Shown: positions 25,321 through 39,949 of the stretch, in pieces
How positions within the stretch are numbered: position 1 is the first letter of the stretch
Layout of the letters: each line of letters begins with the position of its first letter
NCBI GenBank assembly: GCA_012295275.1
Contig: CM022670.1
Coordinates: forward strand, 33,542,001-33,606,000
Direction: 5' to 3'
Length of the DNA: 64,000 bases
DNA from: Chrysomallon squamiferum
Lineage: Eukaryota; Animalia; Mollusca
Notes under the pieces: model-generated
Told to the model about the DNA's origin: nothing
The model's input: the letters and a program-made list of their open reading frames with translations, nothing else
The model's database searches: none
Program-made: the position numbers and the translations under genes

Positions 25321-26071
25321 CGTACCTCAGCAGGAGTCGGAATAGACACATCTGCGTCTCTGATTCAATTTGGACAGCTGCTACAGAACTCTTAGTTAAA
25401 CAGAAATAAATAAATAAATAAATAAATAAATAAATGAAGGAAGGAAGAATAGCAAGATGAACAATGGATGAATGAATGAACAAATGAAAAGAGAAACAAA
25501 CAGTATTAATTAGTAAATTATAAAATTAATATATGAATACTGACAATAATAAATAAATAAATAAATAAATAAATAACAAGAAGAACAATGAATGAATAGC
25601 CATCATTTTTGTTACGGCCATTTTTCAGAAATTCGCGATCTTCCAGTTTACCTACAGTTATTAAATTCTGTTAATGCCACAATTAAAATAAGTTTAACAA
25701 ATTTCAACTTTTATTCAATACAAGGGCAATTGTAAATAATAATAATAATAATAATACATGAAAATTTGAAATGCTAACTAAAAGACTGCAGAATGATTAT
25801 TATGCCTCATACTACCATTATAACAACAACAATAACAACAACCAATACTACTTCTACAATTAATTACTGTAACTACTACTGTGTTGTACTACTATTACTA
25901 CTGTTCCTACAGTTATTATTATTATTATTACACCCGTATCGTCGTTATTACTATTACTATTATTATTGTTTGTTTGGGTTATTACTGTTGGTGTTATTAC
26001 TGTTGTCATACTGGATTTAAAAGAGGTATGATTCACGCTGAATAAATTTTGAAGATGTCACTATAAATCTA

Positions 26072-26116
<45 letters not shown>

Positions 26117-26419
26117 TTTTTGTTTTTTTTTTTTTTTTTTTACTTTCTGTAAATTATATCTGTTTTGTTCTTGATTTGTCGCAGATGCTGTTTAAATAAA
26201 AACAGAAACCATCCCATGTGTCTGAATTGGGGCAAAGTAACAGATTGTCATATTTACTTTAGAATCACAAAATCTACACCCAAATATTGTCAAACGTCAG
26301 CTGATCACGAACAGTCAATACAACGCTGCATTAGAGTTATCTCCCTTTAATTCCAAATCACCCACCCCCCCAAAAGTAACATGTCGGGACAAAGTTAAGG
26401 TTAGGGATATATATTATTT

Positions 26420-26451
<32 letters not shown>

Positions 26452-26479
26452 CTTTCGCTGTTTAACTTTTTGAAAAGAA

Positions 26480-26740
26480 TGCGTCCATGGGGTCACGCAG
26501 ATCTTCGAGCAAATCCTGTGGCTCGGTCATCCTGGGACATATCGCCTGTTGCGACTACGTGTTACCTTGTGGTCACGTGACTGGTCAGCAGCTGGGCATT
26601 GACCTCAGGTGGCCCCAACTTCCTAATGATCTCCAGCCGGCCCGAAGCGAAAAAAAACATAAAAGCTGACACATATCTGACCTCTGTCATAGCAGTCAGG
26701 GATAACCGGTTCCAGTTCAGCATCCGTGACTGAAATCTTT
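26480..26740. promoter_or_regulatory. candidate enhancer with extended E-box GTCACGTGAC
   Basis: GC-rich island; GTCACGTGAC 26572-26581; TGACCT half-sites near 26600 and 26678. Confidence 0.4.
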
Positions 26741-27765
26741 AGAAGAAATCTCAAACCTTGACAAGTGTGTGTCTTATCTTAGAATCAGAACTACATTTAA
26801 AAAACCTACTAACTTTCATTACTGTTATTTATTTATAGTTCACATATCAGGTGAACTGGTAGTACCATCTGAAATGTACAGTGAGAGAATTAATTACTGT
26901 CTTCCTTTTATTCTTTTTTTTGTTCTTCTTCTGACAGGTTGATGAAAATAATTTTACATTATACCTTCTTTGTTTCTGTTCCATACATACATACATACAA
27001 ACATAAATACATTCATACATGGATACATGCATAGTTCCATCCATCCATACATACATACACAGACACATACATCCTCCCATACATACATAGACAGACATAA
27101 TACGCACATATACATACTGAAACACATAATACACATACATACACACATCCATCCTTCCATCCATCCATCCATCCATCCATCCATATTTACATACATACAT
27201 ACATACATACATAAACATCATGAAATATGCAGCATCAGTTCATCTTAGGTAGGAGAGTTAATCATCTGACATTCCTAACAATTCAGATGTCCCAAAGTGA
27301 GTTCCTTGTAACAGTGAACGTTTGACGCGCTATAAAGAACACCATGACACTCAATACTTCCCTGGATGCGTAACTCCATTGTAATCGAAATACAAGGTGG
27401 CATCCTAAAATCGATTCTGTCTTTCGTTCTTAAAACATTAATGGCTAAGTGAATACCTCAATCGAACCCATGTCCTCTGGGTTGATCACAGAGTGCATGG
27501 TAACTAACCTTGGGAATGAATAGAGCATAATATATGGATCTTTACAACAACAACAACAAAAAAAAAAGTGTTTCAACAGATATGTAAATAATATGTTATT
27601 GGTCGACGCACGGAAACACTTACAAGCAAAATATTAGCTTTTGTTTTTGAAGTAGAGTTACTAATAAAATCGAAGTCTTTTGTTATGTTATAAATTACTG
27701 AAGGCAATGAACCGTGAGCATGAAATAAATATAACCATATAAAGAAGAGAAAGAAAGGTATCAAG

Positions 27766-27849
<84 letters not shown>

Positions 27850-28027
27850 ATTAATGGTAGGATGTTTTAAAAGGTGTATTCAATAATGCTGATGACGCGA
27901 TGATGACAGTAATCTTATTCTAAATTATTCTTTAAAAGCTTCAGGCTTATCTCTTTTTTATCTCTTTTTCATCAGTTCATGTTTATCATCATTATAATTG
28001 TTATCTTTATCATCCTCTGGATCAGTA

Positions 28028-28078
<51 letters not shown>

Positions 28079-29129
28079 TATAGTAATAATGATAACAACA
28101 ACAGCATCAACAACGATAACACCCGTGCAATCAACATCATCATCTTCATCATCATCATCACCTTTACAAAAATATATTTAATAATTTGTTTTAACGCTCT
28201 ATTTCATAAGAAAAATATAATTGTTAATTATCTTCATGTTGTGCTGATAGGGTTTTGTTATTAATATATTGCTTCATCATGGAAAGCTGAATGAACGAAG
28301 TCACACATACACAGCTGGTGCAGAATATTAATTCTTTATGAAATGTTCTCACTCAGGCTGTATGGTATCAGCTGAAACAATCACAACAAATACTTTATTA
28401 AATGATTGTTAATATGATAATAAAATAATGGACAGAAACTGTGATACTGTTTATCTTTCAGGGTAACAGCTCTAGAAATGATAGCCATGAAAGCATCTAC
28501 AACTGAACAATATACCATTATTTTAGAAAGAAATTCTGGGAAAAACATTTAACATAAATATGTAAAATGTGTTAAATATCCGAGTTCTACAGTAATTTGA
28601 AAACTCTCTCTCTCTCTCTCTCATATATATATAAAACTGATTTTCAACAGGAAAAACAAACATTACTAATTAAATTCATGTTCTTTAAGGACGTAATCTA
28701 TATAATCTAAATTTATACTCAGTTTTATGAACATAATTTACGAACTGGAATTACGTTTTATATTATAAATATAATTAGGTATGAAGTTTTATGTGTGTGT
28801 TTGTGTGTGTGTGTGTGTGGGTGGGTGGGTGGGTGGGTGGGTGTGGGTGTGGGTGTTTGAAGGTGTTAATGCATGTAAGTATGTAAACAGGTAAAACGGC
28901 AGGCTCAGCTTATCGTAAATCTTCGCATCAACAATACAAATCGAATATTGGAATAATTACATATTGATCATCTGTGCATGATGACATGCAACGGTGATCA
29001 TACCTACTGGAAAAAGCGACGATTCCTAGATCTGTATTGCATTCGTTTCAAGGTCAAGCAATTTGTTTAACATCACACATACATGCACAAGCATGCACAT
29101 ACATGAGCTACGGAATTTATATTTGTGTA

Positions 29130-29176
<47 letters not shown>

Positions 29177-29285
29177 TGCAAGTACTATATATTTTTAAAA
29201 TGCGTCATGTAATACCTTACGATTATTATCACAACGTACTGAACATTTTATTGCTTATTTTTATCATACTGAAACCGTAAAGAAA

Positions 29286-29354
<69 letters not shown>

Positions 29355-30265
29355 AATAAATAAATAAATAAATTTAAAAAAGGTAAAAATTTTGTCAGAC
29401 CATGTTCGTGAACCATTAATTTTATTCAGTCATTATCGTTTTTTCATTTATTCTATCTGAAGTTCATTCCTTTGTTCGTTGCAGAGGAAGAATGACAAGA
29501 AACTGATTCATTTAATTATTACTACTTTTATTACAACAATAACCTTTTTCTCCTTTTTCTAAAAAAAAAAAATAAAATAAAAATAAAAATTGTATTCTAT
29601 TACCTTCGAAAGAGCGAATTTTAGTTATTTATTTTAAAAAAAGGGAGGACTGAATTTCCGTGGAAGATTGATAAGAAACAAATAGTGAACTGACTCATTT
29701 TAATTACTACTAGTATTATAACGTGTGTTTTTTGTTTAAAAGAAACATCATTTTCTAATATTGAGAACTTTATTTTTATTATTAATATTTAAATAATAAT
29801 AATAATAATTTTTTTAAATGGACTTCATCTAGATGTACTTGGGCCAATCTGAATAAATACTATCTGACCACAAAGAAAGGAACAAAACAAAAACTACACC
29901 AAAAAAAAGCTGTATATCAAGTGCACGAATTGGACCAACACATGCTGGCCGGCACGAATATAGTTTGGCCTGAGACTGACCTCCGGAAACTGTGGTTTTA
30001 CTGCAAGACAATGATCTCACATTACCGCTGACCGTCCAGTTCGCAGGTGGAAGCAATGGGCAACAAGAGAGGAGAGAACTTACATCTGCACGAGAGAGAT
30101 TTGTAATGCTTTGCACGGCTTGCTTTCCCTATTGGTGGATCCTGACAGACGATGTAGGTGCTATGAAAGAAAAATTACCATCTGCAAGGTCACAGGGGTC
30201 GAGTTTCATCAATCAAGGATGGCTATCAGAAGCCGAAAAAAAAATCAGGACTAACAAAGCTTGAT

Positions 30266-30283
30266 GTGAGGTCATGACCTCAC
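30266..30283. promoter_or_regulatory. perfect 18-bp palindrome containing the nuclear-receptor IR0 element AGGTCATGACCT
   Basis: GTGAGGTCATGACCTCAC read directly; further AGGTCA half-sites near 30187 and 30324. Confidence 0.55.
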
Positions 30284-30535
30284 GCAAGATATTTTTTGCA
30301 GGGCAGCTTAAGATGCTGGTTGAAAGGTCACGACGGTATCACTGATCCGACAAAGAAGAAATCTCTCTAGGGAGAAATTATGCCCCCCCCACCTCTCTCT
30401 CTCTCACCCTCCCTTTTTCCCCATCTTCTGTTCAGTGTGAGAACAAATATTTGATGATGATTAAAACATTCGCCCTCAGTGTTCTGTATTAACTTTCAGA
30501 ATCTGAATCTTTTTTAAGCCTCTTTCCAGTGTTTT

Positions 30536-30590
<55 letters not shown>

Positions 30591-31221
30591 TGTTTTTTGT
30601 TATTATTATTATTATTTCATTATTTTTATTATAAAAATCTTAATTGCTTTTGTTGTTGTGGTTTTCATCATCATCACCATCATAATCATCATCATCGTCA
30701 TCACTGTTACTATTATTTCAAAATGTATATACTTCAATTAAAAATAAAAAAGAATATTCATATTTACAAAATAATCAAGAAAAATTTGAAAACGATGACC
30801 TTTTGGTGACAGTGAAGAATCGAATTATTTGTGAAATGTATTTTGGTAATGTAAATATAACACACATACACAACTAAAACTTCTTTGTCTCGCTCTGTGT
30901 TTTAAATATAGTTTGTAGAATATTTGCATACACTTGATGTTTCTATTATGAATGTGAATGAATGATCTTGCTCCGTATTGTAAAGGAGAAACTATTGTAA
31001 ACAGTAATCTTTATTATTGATAATAAATATTAAAGTATTTTTTTCTGCATATTTAATTTGACTGTAATAGTAATTGTAGTAGCAATATTAACAGTAGAAC
31101 TACTACCAGTAGCAGCAGTAGTGGTAGAAACAGTGGTAGAAAAAAAAGTATTAGTAGTAGAAACAGTTGTAGTAGTCGTAGTAAAAGTGGAAAAGCAGCA
31201 ACAACAGCAGTAGTAGCATCA

Positions 31222-32208
31222 GCGGCAGTAGTAGTAGTAACAGATGTAGTAGTGGTGATAGTAGAAGCAGTAGTAGTAGTAACAGATGAAGTAGTGGTGA
31301 TAGTAGAAGCAGTAGTAGTAGTAACAGATGTAGTAGTGGTGATTGTAGAAGCAATAGTAGTAGTAACAGATGAAGTAGTGGTGATAGTAGAAGCAGTAGT
31401 AGTCGTAACAGATATAGTAGTGGTGATAGTAGAAGTAGTAGTAGTAACAGATGTAGTAGTGGTGATAGTAGAAGTAGTAGTAGTAACAGATGTAGTAGTG
31501 GTGATAGTAGAAGCAGTAGTAGTAGTAACAGATGTAGTAGTGGTGATAGTAGAAGCAGTAGTAGTAGTAACAGATGTAGTAGTGGTGATAGTAGTAGTAG
31601 TAGTAACAGATGTAGTAGTGGTGATAGTAGAAGCAGTAGTAGTAACAGATATAGTAGTGGTGATAGTAGAAGTAGTAGTAGTAACAGATGTAGTAGTGGT
31701 GATAGTAGAAGCAGTAGTAGTAACAGATGTAGTAGTGGTGATAGTAGAAGCAGTAGTAGTAGTAACAGATGTAGTAGTGGTGATAGTAGAAGCAGTAGTA
31801 GTAGTAACATATATAGTAGTGGTGATAGTAGAAGTAGTAGTAGTAACAGATATAGTAGTGGTGATAGTAGAAGCAGTAGTAGTAACAGATATAGTAGTGG
31901 TGATAGTAGAAGCAGTAGTAGTAGTAACAGATAGTAGTGGTGATAGTAGAAGTAGTAGTAGTAACAGATGTAGTAGTGGTGATAGTAGAAGCAGTAGTAG
32001 TAGTAACAGATATAGTAGTGTTGATAGTAGAAGGAGTAGTAGTAGTAACAGATATAGTAGTGGTGATAGTAGAAGTAGTAGTAGTAACAGATGTAGTAGT
32101 GGTGATAGTAGAAGCAGTAGTAGTAGTAACAGATGTAGTAGTGGTGATAGTAGAAGTAGTAGTAGTAACAGATGTAGTAATGGTGATAGTAGAAGCAGCA
32201 GTAGTAGT
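31222..32208. repeat. (GTA)n-derived minisatellite, about 24 copies of 36-42 bp
   Basis: Unit GTAGTAGTAGTAACAGATGTAGTAGTGGTGATAGTAGAAGCA, counted by AACAGAT anchors from 31239 to 32167. Confidence 0.95.
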
Positions 32209-33208
32209 CACAAAGCTGGTTAATCAGTCTTGGTAAATACTTCATTTTATTTGAAGTCGACTGCATTAAGTCTTCATAAAACAACTGATTGTTGTAAACA
32301 AGATGTAAATTAATTTTATTACAGTCTTCTCGATCAGCGACTGCATGTCCCTCACCTTTATATGGGTGTATGTGGTTGTGAATGTATGTATGCTTGCGTG
32401 TAGGTGTATGTTTATGTATGTTTGTATGTATGAATGTATGTATGTATGTATATGTATATATGTATGTAGTATGTGTGTATGTATGTATATGTATGTATGT
32501 ATGTATGCATGCGTATATGCATGTATGTACTGATGTATGTACATAAGTATGTATATATGTATGCTTTGTGTATATATGTATGTATGTATGTTTATATAAG
32601 TGTACATTTCAAGAGAGTTTTTTCTTCTTCTTCTTTTTTTTTTTTTACATAAGTATCTATTATAAAATTTTGGGTGTCTTTTAGCCGAGGTTTAATCGAA
32701 ATGCAATTAGATATAAATCCAAAACAAAATCGTTATTTCATATATAAAACATAATTACCATTTCTTTGTTGCTTGTTTATCGAGGATTCCGTTTTCTTGG
32801 ATGCTATAACCAAGTTAATTAGTTCTGGCTGTTTGTAAATTTTCTTTTTTCTCTTTTTAATCTGCCTCTGCATGTTGTAGTAATTACAGTAAGCTTTCTT
32901 TTCCTAACCATTAATGGCCGTATCCTGATCAACATCATTTTGATTTACACTTAAACTGTCTTTGTTTTGTTGTTGTTTTCGTTGGTAATTCACAATTTCC
33001 GCTTTCACGAGTGACATGCAATAAATCATTTACACATCTGTACAAGAACAGTTTAACAGAAGAAAAAACCATATGCTAAGCAAAATGTATATTAGATTTC
33101 CATATTTTTAATTCATTCTTCAGATGTCAACGTACGAATGTATTGACAGGTGAAGTTTTAAGGTTTATTTATTTTTCAACACATTTAATTTATTTATTTG
33201 TTTATTTA

Positions 33209-33276
<68 letters not shown>

Positions 33277-33324
33277 TTGTGAGTTCTAGGGCTTATCCAT
33301 TTTAGTGAATGTACATGATCATTT

Positions 33325-33372
<48 letters not shown>

Positions 33373-33449
33373 CCAGTAGGACGGAATAGTATGGTAAGAA
33401 ACAGGTGTATAAGAAATACACGACAATGAATAAAAATCCTTTAATCTCT

Positions 33450-34030
33450 CTGTCACGAACACGTGAATTTAAAACCCACGAAAAGCTCGTGATGTTGTGA
33501 CGTAATCAGATGAGCATAACAAAGATCTCGCGCTGAGGATTATGTAAGCGACACACAACACTAGAAATACTGGAACATTCCGCACGAACTGCAGTTGTAA
33601 TACAATTGTTTCTTAACGTCATTATCTAAAAAAAAAACAAAAAAAAAAAAAAAAAAAAAAAAAGAGGAAAAACAGAAAAAAAAAAAAAAAAAAAAAAAAA
33701 GAAGATGAACTGAGAATAAAAAAATAAAAACAAAAAAACAAACAAAACAACAACAACACAGAAGTTTTAACAAACTTAACGTAATAAACAGCACGACTCA
33801 GATACATCTATTTCTCCACGCCAATCAATAGAGAAATGACGTCAAATATTTGGCGTGAACAAACATGCGCCAATATCAATACCAGCGCCGTTGGTTACTT
33901 AATACCGTGACCTCGTTTCACCCACTTAACGTCCATTATCACCGTATCAGTTATAGGACGTTACGTAGGCTACATTCCACGTGTAATTCTTGTTATTCAT
34001 TAAGTGCTATAAGGCAAACACGTATATGTC
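33450..34030. promoter_or_regulatory. candidate enhancer or distal promoter (CRE, E-boxes, E4BP4/PAR sites, CCAAT)
   Basis: CACGTG 33460 and 33978, GTGACGTAAT 33497, ATTATGTAAG 33539, TGACGTCA 33837, CCAAT 33821, TCAGTT 33947. Confidence 0.5.
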
Positions 34031-34480
34031 CACCTGTTTGCTTGTTTATGCAGATATACACGATTGAAAACGACTTAAAATAGATACTTTTGTTTCAGTG
34101 TCATATGTTTTGATCTTCTTTGTGATGACAAGGTTTCTGAAAATGTTCAGTAACTGTAGCAGATGCATTTGAGAAACGAAAGAACCCCATCGTTATCACG
34201 ATGTAGCATAATATGTAATATCGAAAACTAATATGAGATTATACAACCACATACATGCACAGACATAGCAAACACCTCTTTATGACGGCGATGTGTGTGG
34301 TATGTGTATATGAATTTAAAAAGAACAAAATTCATGGGTGGGCTAGTTTTGGGATTGTCAAAAAAACATCGTGATCTGGCTAACGTGTTCTCTTTAATAT
34401 TAGATGTAATACGCCCATTTCTTCAGCCATTAACAAAATCAACTGTAGCGAGACAAATAATAATAATAATAATAAATAAA

Positions 34481-34512
<32 letters not shown>

Positions 34513-36454
34513 ATCCTGTACAAAATACAGACTACTGACGCGGACAAAAAGACTTGTATTTATTTATTTATGCAATAAAATAATATGATAGAAATTTATC
34601 TAAAATAGAATATATCCACTATTATGATCATAGCAACGTGAATTGGTGTGTACTGATACGGAACAAAACCTTTAAAACGACAATTATCTGTATTTCTATT
34701 ATATGTTTTTAACTGAAATGTCCATGTGTATCACCATGACTAACTGAATGTAACTTGTAATGTGAAACGGTGTGTTCTGAAATCTAATCGTAATCTTTCT
34801 CTATCTGGATATGGATATAGATATAGATACGTATGTATGTATGTATGTATGTATGTGTATGCATGTATATGTGTTTGTGTGTGTGCATATGTGTGTATAT
34901 GTATGTGTGTATGTATATCTATATCTACGTGTGTGTGTGTATGTGTATGTGTATGTATGTGTTTGTGTGTGACAGTAGTATTAGTCCTATAAATATGTAT
35001 AGTTTAAACTTTGGTTGACCGGACATTTAATACAATATAATACAATATTTTATTGTCCAGTGTGCTGTTGCAGGCTATAAAATCATTATAGTGTGATTTT
35101 CAATAATCGACAAAATGTTGCATGTCTCAGTTTACAGGGGAGAATAATCATATTACATCTATTGTATGCACACCATCTGTAACATGCACAATAACCAGCA
35201 GTGTGACAAACATATGCATACTCACTGAATTATATTTCTGTAAAGCGTGTGATATGCAAATGCATAACTGTCCATCTGTCTCTGTCTATATATGTGTGTA
35301 TAATATATATATATATATATTTGTCATTAAAATATATATATTTTTTATAATCTGTATGCAGTTGTTTAATTAAAATTTACTCCAAAACATATGTTATTCA
35401 TTTAAGGTGCAAGTATCATATTTATAATCAATTAGGATTTAAACATTACCGATAAAGAAGAAAAAAAGAAAAAGCATTAAAAAAAAGAAAGAAAAGAGAT
35501 CCAAAAAGAATTTAACATCAGAAATGTATTACAGAATAAAGACAAAGAAGGGTATCATATCATGTAGCTTATATCATATCATGTAGCTTATTACCTGCTA
35601 CATAAATACATTACAGCCGACATTTAATGAAGCAAATTCTATCCAATAAAGCTAAAAAGGGATTACGTTTAAAATATCACACTCCCCACTATGCATTACT
35701 ACAACCAACATTACCATCAACACAACCACTAAAACTACCCTTACTACTATTCCGTCTACTACTTCAACTATGATTACTGCTGTTACTAATACTACCACTA
35801 AAACTTGTATTAGTACTATTACTTTACTTGACATCCCTATTATTTTACTGACACTCCAGTATTACTACTACAACTATTGGAACTGCTACTGATACCAATA
35901 TTCACTATTCTATTACTTCCATATTTCTATTATAGCGACAGCAGGAACAACAATAGCAAGCATGAATAATACTGACACTACTATTACAAGTATTACTACT
36001 ACTACTATAGCTGCAAGTACTTGTATTACTACTATTGCTACTACTATTACTACTACTAATAATAATAATACTAATAATACTAATAATGACAATAATAATA
36101 ATAATAATGATGATGCACTTTACAGTTTATTTGTTTAATCGATTAACAAAATAAGAGAAATGTAAAAGATATCTGTTTACTATTTGCTGATCTTAGACTT
36201 TGTACTGAGAAGTAAACTCTGTTATCTCGTTAATCCGATAATTCGTTAACCTAGTCTTTAGTACAGAAAGTACATTATCACATTGTATGATTATTACTTG
36301 TCAAACATCACAACAGTAACAGTGACAACAACGACAGCAACAAAAGTACAAAACGATACACTCTTTACAGTAACACCAAGAGTATGTAGAAAACGAAGAG
36401 AAAGTAAAATGATGATTTAAATATAACGATGTTGATGATAATAATAATAATAAT

Positions 36455-36500
<46 letters not shown>

Positions 36501-37486
36501 TGTGAAATTTAAATGTAAAAAATACTGGTATATATTAGCAGTCGACTATTCGTTTCAAAATTCCTGCTCACTGTCTTTCTGAAAATTATTTCCTCGAATA
36601 TTTTATATTTCTATTACATACAGCTTTCAATTTGTTAAAATATAAATATATATATACACACACATTCTGTTGACTTAAACAAACGCTTGCAATACTTAAC
36701 AAAGTCACGTAATATACGTTGTTATGTTTGGGTGAACGAAAAATATTAATGACTTACTAATAACTCTTGCAGTATTTCACAAAGTCATATAATATGGGCT
36801 GTGATTTGGGTTTGCGTGAATGAAAGATATTAATAACTTACTACAACTATTGCCATATTTTATAAACGTCATATAATACGTGCTGTGATGCGTATGTATG
36901 TGTGTACGTGAGTGTGACCGCAACGCAATTAAATGTAACAAAAAGCAGCACAAAGATCTACCTTCAAGCTGCCCCAGTTCCTTCGATTGTACAACATATC
37001 ATGAAACATTTATTTATTTATTTATTTATTTTTTTTAAAATGGACAAGATCTTCCACGACCTTGAGCAGAACAAGACTTATTTTTTTTTTCTTAGTGACA
37101 AATATCAATACCATTACTAATCTGTAAAGAAAACGACAAGTTGCGCTGGTGATAAATAGACACAATCGACAGGCCATGAATATTTAATTTGTTTGCTCAC
37201 GTTGACCTTTCTGCGAACATTCCTAGCATAACATGTTTACGCGTGTTACAAAAACAGTACGCAATACATATCTATCTCACGTATGACGAACACACATACT
37301 GTACATACTGGTCGATTTTTTTTTTTTTTTTTTTTTTTTCCTGGTTTCCAAAACAGGACGTAACAACAACTGTGATTAAAATAACATCAACAACGATGAG
37401 GACAGTGATTATTTTTGGATTTACTATTTCGTGAATAGAAGCTTTAGAGAAAATACATAATCTTTTAATTTATGTATTAGGGAGAA

Positions 37487-37553
<67 letters not shown>

Positions 37554-37957
37554 AATACTCAAGCATTATTTGCTCATACCGCGCCCCAATTTTTTTTTTT
37601 TGTATTGTTGTTATTGTTGTTATTATTAGTAGTAGTATCGCTAATGTAAAATTTATTTATTTATGTAATTATTTTTCACTTTGTAAAATCATTCATGTAT
37701 AATTTGAAGGAAATAATAGTAGGACTCCTTGCGCTATCTTATCATAAACATTAACACCATGGGAAAATAAAATTCGTTAAAAACTTTGAGTTGTTTGTTG
37801 TATTTAAAAAAAAATTTTTTTTCATCTCTACTAAAATATTCTTCCTTTTCTTTTCTTATATTTTCTTTCTTTCTTTCTTTCTTTCTTTATTTATTTATTT
37901 ATTTAAATTTTTAATATTTTTGTTTCATTTTTATAATTATTATTTTGCTTCATTATT

Positions 37958-38001
<44 letters not shown>

Positions 38002-38346
38002 TTTTGTTGTTGTTCTTGTTGAAAAAAAATGGAAAAAAAACAAGGTTATTAAAATTTTATCTTTTAACGATGGCTGACATTTTGTAATCATTATTTCAAT
38101 AGACGCCTTGAATATAAAACCAGTGCAGTATCCGAAACGTCAGACGCTTGTGGTGCAAATTAATAGATTAATTTAAAGAAGAAAATAGCTTGTTAAATGA
38201 CATATACGTACTGCCATAAACTTATTAAACTTAGTATTATTATTATTACCACTACTACTACTACATCTACTGCTACTACTACTACTACTACATCTACTGC
38301 TACTACTACTACTACTACTATTATGATTATTACCACTGCTACTACA

Positions 38347-38405
<59 letters not shown>

Positions 38406-38490
38406 TATAATAAAAATAATAAGGAGAAGGATAATACTGAAAAATTTGATGATAATGATAACAAAGTTTATGTGAAGTTATATGTGTACG

Positions 38491-38538
<48 letters not shown>

Positions 38539-39343
38539 TACACACTCGTGCGTCTTTATAATTGGAGAAGTTCGTCTTTCATTTACAACGACCTTGGCTT
38601 CTCTTACCGTAATTAAGAAAATAACAAAAGGAACAAATAATCATTATCATCTAGTAATAGATACTGTTTTTTTACCCTTCGATGTTTTCCCGCACTGATT
38701 AGTCCTTGAATTATATTTAGTTATACGTTTCATTCATCGTTTTTCTATTTCTCAGAAATCACCGTCCATATTATTATGTATTAGACTCATCAAGGATCAT
38801 ATCAACATTTCTCACAAATATTATTATTAAAATGTATTATTAAAATGTATCGAGGTGCTGTTAACAAATGTATCATTTGTCAGGTTTGTTAATGCCTTTT
38901 CAAGGGATGGTGTAACGACTTACATAGAATGATCCGAAAATAATTTTGATTTTACCCATTATCCTTTTACGTACACTTCCAGTGGTTTTGAGAAAAATTA
39001 AATCACAAATGTATGTATGTATGTATCAATGTAGGTATATTTTATGTGTGTATATATGTATGTATGTATATGTTTGCGTATGTGTAATGTATATTTGTGT
39101 GTGTGTTGCGACACTTTAACACATTTTAATATTAAACAAACCAGCTGTTGTCTAGGTGTGGTCAGGTTTTGTCGACTGTAAACATGGAATGTTTCGTGTG
39201 TTTCTTTCAAACACAGAAAATCACATACCATTGCCCATGACAAACCATCTGTGAAGCATGAACAGAATGATAAATTGGGCAGTTGTAACATTCTATTTAT
39301 TGATTCTTAGAACATTAAATTTTATTATTTCTTAATTTTCTTA

Positions 39344-39392
<49 letters not shown>

Positions 39393-39949
39393 TATTATTT
39401 ATTTATTAATTTATTTGTTTTTGTGTATTAAAAAACTTATTGTGATTTTCTTTTTTTCGGATTTTTGTTTGATATTAGTGCTGATAATTTATATATTTGA
39501 ATATTAAAATGTTAGTGTAAATCAGTTATTATATTAAAACAACAGGATACAATATCACTTTTAGAAAAAATTAATTAAATTAATGTGTTTTTTTTAGTAC
39601 AATAAAAATAGATACATTTTTTTTTCTATTTATTTATTTTTATTTTGTTTAGTTACCATAATAACTGAAACGATATGAGCAGCCACAAAGGTACAAACAA
39701 TTTATAATAATAATTATTTTTATTATTATAACTATCACTACAACTAGTAGTAGAAATAACAGAAAGAATACTAACAGCAGTTTTATTGATTGATTTATTT
39801 ATCTGAATCAATCTGTCAGAGATCATACAGCATTATTAATATTAATATTAGCGTTGTTGTTATTTGTGTTGATATTCGAGTCATCTTCAGCTATTATTAC
39901 TGCAGTCGTCATATCCTGGTTAACAACAAACTGACGATCCTTTTTCTTT

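Noticed and set aside
27455-27512. tRNA gene or SINE head on the minus strand (GGGTTCGATT)
   Set aside because: Only a B-box-like motif; no cloverleaf or clear A-box.
31151-32284. ORFs of 323-377 aa on both strands
   Set aside because: Entirely generated by the GTA-derived minisatellite; no splice or domain evidence.
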